Shown here piece after piece: positions 58,335 through 64,000 of a stretch of DNA of 64,000 nt (its first letter is position 1; each line of letters begins with the position of its first letter). The stretch comes from an archaeon (GTDB taxonomy: Archaea > Iainarchaeota > Iainarchaeia > Iainarchaeales > 1-14-0-10-31-34), in assembly GCA_043819075.1 (NCBI GenBank), contig JBDRFE010000060.1, forward strand, positions 780-64,779, written 5' to 3'. The translations under genes and the position numbers were made by a program. The notes under the pieces are model-generated. The model worked only from the letters and a program-made list of their open reading frames with translations. It had not been told where the DNA came from and searched no databases.

Positions 58335-58826
58335 TTGATGAATAAAGAGCAGTTTGTCGAAGGAAAGCTTGAAGGATGTGAAAAAGAATTTTGTTCACAA
58401 TCCTGTTGTGATGACGATAAAGTTGAAGAATGGACAAACGAGTATTTTGCTTTTCATGAAAGAATGAAAGAGCATTTGCTTTCTGCTGGAATTAAAATTC
58501 ATTTTGCCGGAGACAGAGTAAGATTCACTAATTGTTCTGATGGCAGGGAATGCAAGTTTTTAAAGTATTCTTTAAACAAAGATATTGATCCAAGGCCAAT
58601 TGACTGCAAAATATTTCCTTTTACAGTTGACTGGGAATCAATTGATTTTAATAAAAAAATAGCAAAACTGGATTATTGGGACAAAAGCTGCCCTTTAGTG
58701 AAAAGCAACAACATTCCAAAAGAGTTCCTGAAAGAAGTTGAAGGCATAATAAAAAGAGATTTTGCAGTTCTGTTTTATGGGGCAAGATTTGAAGTTAAGT
58801 TTCCTGCAGACTTAAACAAAAAATAA
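58335..58826 (+). CDS. Cys-rich hypothetical protein
   Basis: C-x4-C-x3-CC plus further Cys residues. Confidence 0.3.
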   Translation: MMNKEQFVEGKLEGCEKEFCSQSCCDDDKVEEWTNEYFAFHERMKEHLLSAGIKIHFAGDRVRFTNCSDGRECKFLKYSLNKDIDPRPIDCKIFPFTVDWESIDFNKKIAKLDYWDKSCPLVKSNNIPKEFLKEVEGIIKRDFAVLFYGARFEVKFPADLNKK

Positions 58827-58840
58827 AAGAAATAAAACTT

Positions 58841-58962
58841 TTTCAGCTCGGCTGAGCAGAGCGAATGCCAAACCAGTTTCGGCTGGTTGCAGCGACGCAC
58901 AGCTTTTAGCTGTGCTAGCACGACCTTGTGTCGTGCGTTTGATACAACTTTGGAAAGTTGTT
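58841..58962. ncRNA. GC-rich twin-hairpin structured element, copy E (abuts the tRNA-Trp 3' end; hairpin order swapped)
   Basis: TCAGC-TCG-GCTGA; CCAG-TTTCGG-CTGG; GCACAGC-TTTTA-GCTGTGC TA GCACGAC-CTTGT-GTCGTGC; CAACTTT-GGA-AAGTTG. Confidence 0.45.
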
Positions 58963-59090
58963 TGGGGACACTGGGAGTCGAACCCAGATTTCATGGTTGC
59001 TGCCTTTTTTAGAAAATTTTGTTTTTGATAAAACTTTTTTCTAAAAAGTTTTGTCTGGAGCCAAGCGGGATGCCATTACCCCATGTCCCC
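58963..59090 (-). tRNA. tRNA-Trp (anticodon CCA) with ~55-nt AT-rich intron in the anticodon loop
   Basis: Exon 1 GGGGACA..CTTGG-CTCCAG; exon 2 A-CCATG-AAAT-CTGGG-TTCGACT-CCCAG-TGTCCCC-A; one U.U mismatch in the anticodon stem. Confidence 0.6.
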
Positions 59091-59190
59091 TGTGGATAAG
59101 ATTTTAATGGCGAGATGTTTTTATTTATTGTGGAGCAATGCAAAAGATTATATTTGATGTTATTCTATTTATTTAGTTAAAGGGATTTAA

Positions 59191-60465
59191 ATGAAGAAGT
59201 TTTTGGCTTTATTGTTTTTGGTGTTTTTGGTTAGTTCAGTGAATGCTTTGTCTTCTGCTGAAGTAACAAATTTTTTTAAATCTGAATCGCATTACCTTGA
59301 ATCAAACCAGTCTTTTAGTGAAACCCCTTATTTCATTAAATCTGATGCCAAAAATTACTGGGTTGTTGTCTTGATTTCTGACAGGACGCCAACCGGTTTT
59401 ATTGCGGTTTTTTCTGATGAAAAAAAGGTTGTTGATTCTGCTGCAGTTAACAGAAAGCTGTTCAGGACAGCTTATGTTCTTTTTTCGGTTAATTCTTATA
59501 AGACAAGCTCTAACTGGATTTTTTCTAATTCAAATAAAGGCAAATTTAATACTCTGTCAAAAATTATTTCATCTGATGTGCCGTTTAAATTGAATTCAAT
59601 CAAGCAGGGTTCAACTGATTCTTTTGTCAGAAACAAAGTTGATTTAATGAATTCAATGCTTGAGTTAATGTCTGTTAAATCAAATGAAGTGGAGCAGGCT
59701 TTTGATGAAGCAATTTCTTTGGAGTTATCTTTTACTACCAGCCCTGATGCTTCTGATACTGATAAATTAAAGCAGAAATACGAGGAAGTTTTTTCTTTGC
59801 TGCAGGAATTCCAGGACCTGAAACTGGATTATTCTTTGAATGCAATTGAATTAAAGAAACTGATTTCTGATTCAAATGCCAGTACTTCAGAAAAACAGCA
59901 GTTTTTGGCTCTTGCAACCGAACCCCAGCAGCTGGCTTCAATTGACTCTATTTTTTCTTTGTCTGATGATGCTTCACAGAGAATTGAAGAAGTTTATTCT
60001 TCTGTTAATTCTTATGTAAGTTTTTGGGTTGATGATGTTTCTTTGATGGCTGAAAGGAATTCAGCTTTCAATGAAATTTATTCAGAGGACAAGGATTTTT
60101 ATTCAAAGACAAAAAACAATTTTTATGCCCTGAATGAAGCGTATTCTTTTATTGTGAAAGAAGAAAATGACCCTTATTGGAAAGAACAGTCAAGGCTTTC
60201 TTCGCTGAAAAAAAATTTTTCTGAGGCAACAAAAGCTTTTGAACAAAAAAATTATTCCAGAAGCATTTCTTTTTCAGTTAAAGCAAAAAGCGATGCAATT
60301 GCAGTTATTTTTGCAGGCTTCAGTGAGCAGTCAACTTTTTTTGTTGATCCTGGGACAATAATCATTGCCTTGGCTGTATTGCTTGTTTTGCTTATTTTGT
60401 TCAATAACAGGAAAAAGTTTTTCAAGCCCAAAGCGGAAACTGAAATAACTGAATTCAAGTTTTAG
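59191..60465 (+). CDS. secreted protein with C-terminal TM anchor
   Basis: Signal peptide and C-terminal hydrophobic segment followed by a basic tail. Confidence 0.4.
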   Translation: MKKFLALLFLVFLVSSVNALSSAEVTNFFKSESHYLESNQSFSETPYFIKSDAKNYWVVVLISDRTPTGFIAVFSDEKKVVDSAAVNRKLFRTAYVLFSVNSYKTSSNWIFSNSNKGKFNTLSKIISSDVPFKLNSIKQGSTDSFVRNKVDLMNSMLELMSVKSNEVEQAFDEAISLELSFTTSPDASDTDKLKQKYEEVFSLLQEFQDLKLDYSLNAIELKKLISDSNASTSEKQQFLALATEPQQLASIDSIFSLSDDASQRIEEVYSSVNSYVSFWVDDVSLMAERNSAFNEIYSEDKDFYSKTKNNFYALNEAYSFIVKEENDPYWKEQSRLSSLKKNFSEATKAFEQKNYSRSISFSVKAKSDAIAVIFAGFSEQSTFFVDPGTIIIALAVLLVLLILFNNRKKFFKPKAETEITEFKF

Positions 60466-61600
60466 GAATAAACTTCCATTAAGTCCCCGTCTTTTAGCTT
60501 AAAGTCTAATGAAACTTTTTGCCCGGGAAAAGAGCCTGAACCCCATACTTTAACATATTTTAAGCTCTGGGCAAAATCCTTGTGCACTATTCCTGCAACT
60601 TCTTTTACTGTTATTCCTTTTGGCAGCACTAACGGCTCGTTAAGGTTTTCTTTTTGCCCTGGCTTTCTTGTATAAACAAGTATTTTGTCTAACAGCAAGA
60701 AAATCTGTTTTTTTATTTCTTCAGTGTTTTTTTCATTGAATGCAATTGAATTGACTTTTTTTCCGTTCAAGTCTTTGAGTTCAATTTCTTTTCCTGTTCC
60801 CTTGGTTGTTACTGCAAAAACTTTTTTGTACACTATTCTGTTGTCAAGTACTTCGGATATTTTTTTTAAGTCAGCTTTTTCGTTTATTATTACATTGCAG
60901 TTCTGTAATGCCATGCTTTTAAGGAAAGAAATTAATGTTTCTTCTTCAACATCCAAAAACTTTTTTCCTGCAATATTTATTCCAGGAAACTTTGAGGGAA
61001 AAATTTCAATTAACGGCTTTTTCTGGTTTAATTTGATGTTCACTTCATTTGTTTCTTTTAAGAGAATGTTCAGTTGTTCTTGTGCTTTTTCTTCTTCTAA
61101 TATAATGGCCACTGCGTCTGCATTCCTTATCACTGAAAGAATTTGCACTCCGTTTGCTTTTCCTTTTGATGACCCTTCAATTAATGCTGGAACTTCAACT
61201 AACTGCACCATTGCCCCTTTATAGTTCATTGTGGCTATTTCAGGTTTTGTTGTGGTGAATTCATAGTTTCCTACTGCAAGCAATGCATTTGTTATTGTGT
61301 TAATTAAAGTGCTTTTCCCTGAGTTTGGAAGCCCGATTACTGCTATCTGGCCGACTCCTTCTTTTTTTACGTTGATTGAGTACCCTGAACCGCTTTTTGC
61401 CTGTGTTTTTTGTTTTTCCATTTTTTTTTTTTGAGCAAGGCAATTTTTTTTGTTATTTCTGCCCTGAGTTTTTCTGCTCCCTTGTGTTTTGGCGCAGCAG
61501 ACTTCATTTCCTGTAATGCGGCTAATTTTTCTAACTCTGTTTTTGCTTCATGGAATTTTTTTTCTGCTATAGCATAATTGTAGTCGGCATTTGAAGGCAT
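60462..61600 (-). CDS. DRG-family GTPase with TGS domain, interrupted by a frameshift at an A12 tract (ORFs 61367..61600 and 60462..61421)
   Basis: N-terminal ORF resembles the DRG basic N-terminus; downstream ORF has GLPNSGKSTLIN P-loop and a TGS domain; A13 would restore one frame (...LLKKKKMEKQKTQAKSGSGYS...). Confidence 0.65.
61421..61432. repeat. T12/A12 homopolymer at frameshift site
   Basis: Counted directly. Confidence 0.8.
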
Positions 61601-61651
61601 TATAATCCAGAATAAAATTTGATTGAAAATATTTAAAATAACAACAAAGGG

Positions 61652-62275
61652 TTATTTCCATGCCTTAAAGACTATTAGTTCCTCAAAAAAAATCTTTTTC
61701 CTTTTTTCCACAGCATATTTTAATGCGTTTTCTTCCAGTTTTTTTTCTGTTTTTTTTATTTTGTTCAAGTCTGACTGCAAAAAAAAGCATTTTCCGTTTT
61801 CAGTTAAATGATTTTTTATTTCAGGAATAAATTTGTCAATTATTTCTCTTCCTTTTTTTCCGCCGTCAACTGCCTTGTCAATCCAGCCGCTTTCACTGGC
61901 TTTTCCTTCAACGTAAGGCGGGTTAAAGTAAATAAAATCAAACTTTTCTTTTATGTTTGAAAACAAATTGCTTTCAATGACTGTAATTTCCAGTTTGTTT
62001 TCTATTGCGTTTTTTTCTGTTAAACTTAATGCCACAGGATTAATGTCAGCGCAGTACACTATTGCTTTTTGTTTTGCCGCAATTAATCCAAGAAATCCTG
62101 TTCCGCAGCCTAAGTCAAGCGCTTTTGCTTTAGGAAAAACTTTAATGCATTCAGCTAACAGTTCAGAGTCTTCTCTTGGAAAATAAACTTTTTTATCTGA
62201 GAAAAGCTTTATCCCGTGCAATTCAATTGCTTTTGTTTCATTCATAAAAAAAATTAGTTTGCTGTGTCCTTGCAC
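61652..62275 (-). CDS. HemK/Mtq2-like N5-glutamine (release factor) methyltransferase
   Basis: DLGCGTG SAM motif and NPPY motif. Confidence 0.7.
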   Translation of the reverse strand: MQGHSKLIFFMNETKAIELHGIKLFSDKKVYFPREDSELLAECIKVFPKAKALDLGCGTGFLGLIAAKQKAIVYCADINPVALSLTEKNAIENKLEITVIESNLFSNIKEKFDFIYFNPPYVEGKASESGWIDKAVDGGKKGREIIDKFIPEIKNHLTENGKCFFLQSDLNKIKKTEKKLEENALKYAVEKRKKIFFEELIVFKAWK

Positions 62276-63471
62276 GAATTAAGTTCTGGATGCAGTTCGC
62301 ATATTAAGTCATTTATTTTTTGTATTTGTTCGTTTCCCTGGATAATGTATTTGCAGTCAACTACTAATGAGGGTGCAAAATTTACCCCTAAATCTTTTGC
62401 CTGCTGTGTTTCTTGGTTGATTTTTTCAAGGGGCTCTTGTGTGTTCACGCATTCACTGAAAGCTTTTGTATCAGGAATCTGTGTTACAAGGGCTCCTGCA
62501 TTAATTACTTCTGGCAGGGAGTTGTCTATTGCATTGCTTTCAAGCCCGAAAACATCCGGAAAGCTTTTTTCAAACAAGTATTTATTGAATTCAAAGAATC
62601 TTCCTTGTTTTGCCGCGCATTCAGCTGCAATTGCTGCGTTCAAAGAGTTTTTGTGGACAATATAATTTTTGTACCTGAAAATCATTTCTCCTGCAAACTT
62701 TTCTCTTGCTTTTTTTGTTGCATCAAAAACTATTGCACATCCAAGGCACTGGTAGTCAGAGAATTCTTCGACAAAAACTTTTCCTTGTTCTGCATTACAG
62801 CTTTCAGGTTTTTCCAAAAACATTATGTTGTGTGGCAGTGAATCAAGATATGATTCAGGCACAATAAAATAACCTTTTTTTTGAGTGAAAGCTTTTTTGA
62901 TTAAGTTTTCCTGTAAAGGGTATTTTTCGAGGCTTGCTGCATTCACTAAAGCGCTTGGAATTACTGTTAAGCCAAATTCATCAATATAATGCTTGTTTTC
63001 TTCTTTTGACAAGTCAATTGATTCAACTGAAAAATTAATGTCTTTTGCCTTAAAGTTTGCAATAATAGAGTTTTCTTTTGAGCAAAAACTGCATTCACTT
63101 GAATAAAAGTTTTTTATTTCAACTAAAGCCGGTTCTTCAAAGCTTCCTTGTTTTGGTGTGTTTTCAAAAAAAACTTTGTTTAATGCAAGCCCTGCAAAAA
63201 TGATGAAGATTACTGCAAGCACTGCAATAATCCAGGGAAAAGATTTCTTTTCTTTTGCTTTTATTTCTTCTTTTTCAGGTTCTTCGAGATGCAGTTTATC
63301 CCAGTTTTCTTCTTCTGTGCTTGAATCAATTTTTTCTTGGATTTCTTCTCTGGTTTCAAATTCTTTTAAATCTCCAATGCTTTCTTCCTGTTCTTTTTTT
63401 ATTTCAGGTTTTTCTATTGTTTTTTTTCCTTTATCTGAAGGTTTTTTTTCTTTCATGTTTTCCCTTAACAA
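62254..63471 (-). CDS. membrane-anchored protein with two DsbA/thioredoxin-like domains
   Basis: Acidic N-terminus, one TM helix, CSFC and CLGC CxxC motifs in thioredoxin-like contexts. Confidence 0.55.
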   Translation of the reverse strand: MLRENMKEKKPSDKGKKTIEKPEIKKEQEESIGDLKEFETREEIQEKIDSSTEEENWDKLHLEEPEKEEIKAKEKKSFPWIIAVLAVIFIIFAGLALNKVFFENTPKQGSFEEPALVEIKNFYSSECSFCSKENSIIANFKAKDINFSVESIDLSKEENKHYIDEFGLTVIPSALVNAASLEKYPLQENLIKKAFTQKKGYFIVPESYLDSLPHNIMFLEKPESCNAEQGKVFVEEFSDYQCLGCAIVFDATKKAREKFAGEMIFRYKNYIVHKNSLNAAIAAECAAKQGRFFEFNKYLFEKSFPDVFGLESNAIDNSLPEVINAGALVTQIPDTKAFSECVNTQEPLEKINQETQQAKDLGVNFAPSLVVDCKYIIQGNEQIQKINDLICELHPELNSCKDTAN

Positions 63472-63521
63472 ACTTCTCTTGGTTTGTTTTTTAAATTTAA
63501 CGAGTTTGTTAGTTTATCTGC

Positions 63522-64000
63522 ATGTTTGTTGATGTTCACTGCCATCTGGAAATGTTCAGGGATTTAAGGAAAATTGTTTCTGAAAGCGTTTCACAGGGAA
63601 CAAAAACAATTGTTTCTGCTTCTGTTGACATGAATTCAATGAAATCAAACCTTAAAATTTCAGGAAAGTTTTCTGAAGTTGAATGCTGTTTGGGTGTTCA
63701 TCCGGTTAACCTGCTTTCAATGAAAGAAAAAGAATTAAGTGAATCAATTTCTTTCCTGAAAAAAAACATTTCTTCCTGTAAAGCTGTTGGTGAAATAGGA
63801 GTAGATTTCAAGTACGCTGATTCAGCTGAAAAAAAAGAAAAGCAGTTCAAGGTTTACAGGGAACAGCTTTTAATCGCGGAAGAAAATTCCATGCCTGTTG
63901 TAGTTCATTCCCGTTTTGCTGAAAAAAAGTCCCTTGAAATTCTTTCAGATTTTAACGGAAAAGTTTTATTGCACTGGTTTGACGGAAGCACTGAATCTTT
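63522..64000 (+). CDS. TatD-family metal-dependent hydrolase (3' end outside window)
   Basis: MFVDVHCHL N-terminus, VGEIGVDF, VVVHSR motifs; open to window end. Confidence 0.7.
   Translation, partial: MFVDVHCHLEMFRDLRKIVSESVSQGTKTIVSASVDMNSMKSNLKISGKFSEVECCLGVHPVNLLSMKEKELSESISFLKKNISSCKAVGEIGVDFKYADSAEKKEKQFKVYREQLLIAEENSMPVVVHSRFAEKKSLEILSDFNGKVLLHWFDGSTES

Noticed and set aside
20862-58962. GC-rich islands as SRP RNA, RNase P RNA or rRNA fragments
   Set aside because: Present in five similar copies of only ~100-180 nt; single-copy housekeeping RNAs would not recur, and no 16S/23S-like conserved stretches were seen.
20862-58962. CRISPR array
   Set aside because: Hairpins are not equally spaced direct repeats with unique spacers; stems differ between copies and the loci are dispersed.

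Overview
AT-rich (roughly one-third GC) archaeal chromosome segment, probably from a small DPANN-like genome. It carries a dense set of information-processing genes: fibrillarin-Nop5, GlyRS, AspRS, AsnRS, ProRS, GatD, GatE, ATP-dependent DNA ligase, a DRG GTPase, AlaX, Dph6, Mtq2 and endonuclease III. Sugar-phosphate metabolism is represented by FBPase, a class II aldolase, transaldolase, RpiA, PGI/PMI, a ROK kinase, PurM and carbamate kinase. There are several transporters and many secreted or lipoprotein Cys-rich proteins, alongside a membrane-anchored double DsbA-like oxidoreductase. Six tRNA genes are present, two with long introns, plus one tRNA 3'-half-like fragment. Three observations stand out. 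First, GC-rich elements built around a tandem pair of 7-bp-stem hairpins occur at five loci, each followed by different further hairpins. The stems co-vary while a TA linker and a TTTAT-type loop are conserved; three copies abut tRNA 3' flanks. Second, two paralogous HTH-LAGLIDADG homing-endonuclease genes are present, one bracketed by tRNA-Thr and a direct repeat of a tRNA 3' half. Third, three genes are interrupted exactly at A11-A12 homopolymers. No rRNA and no CRISPR array were seen.
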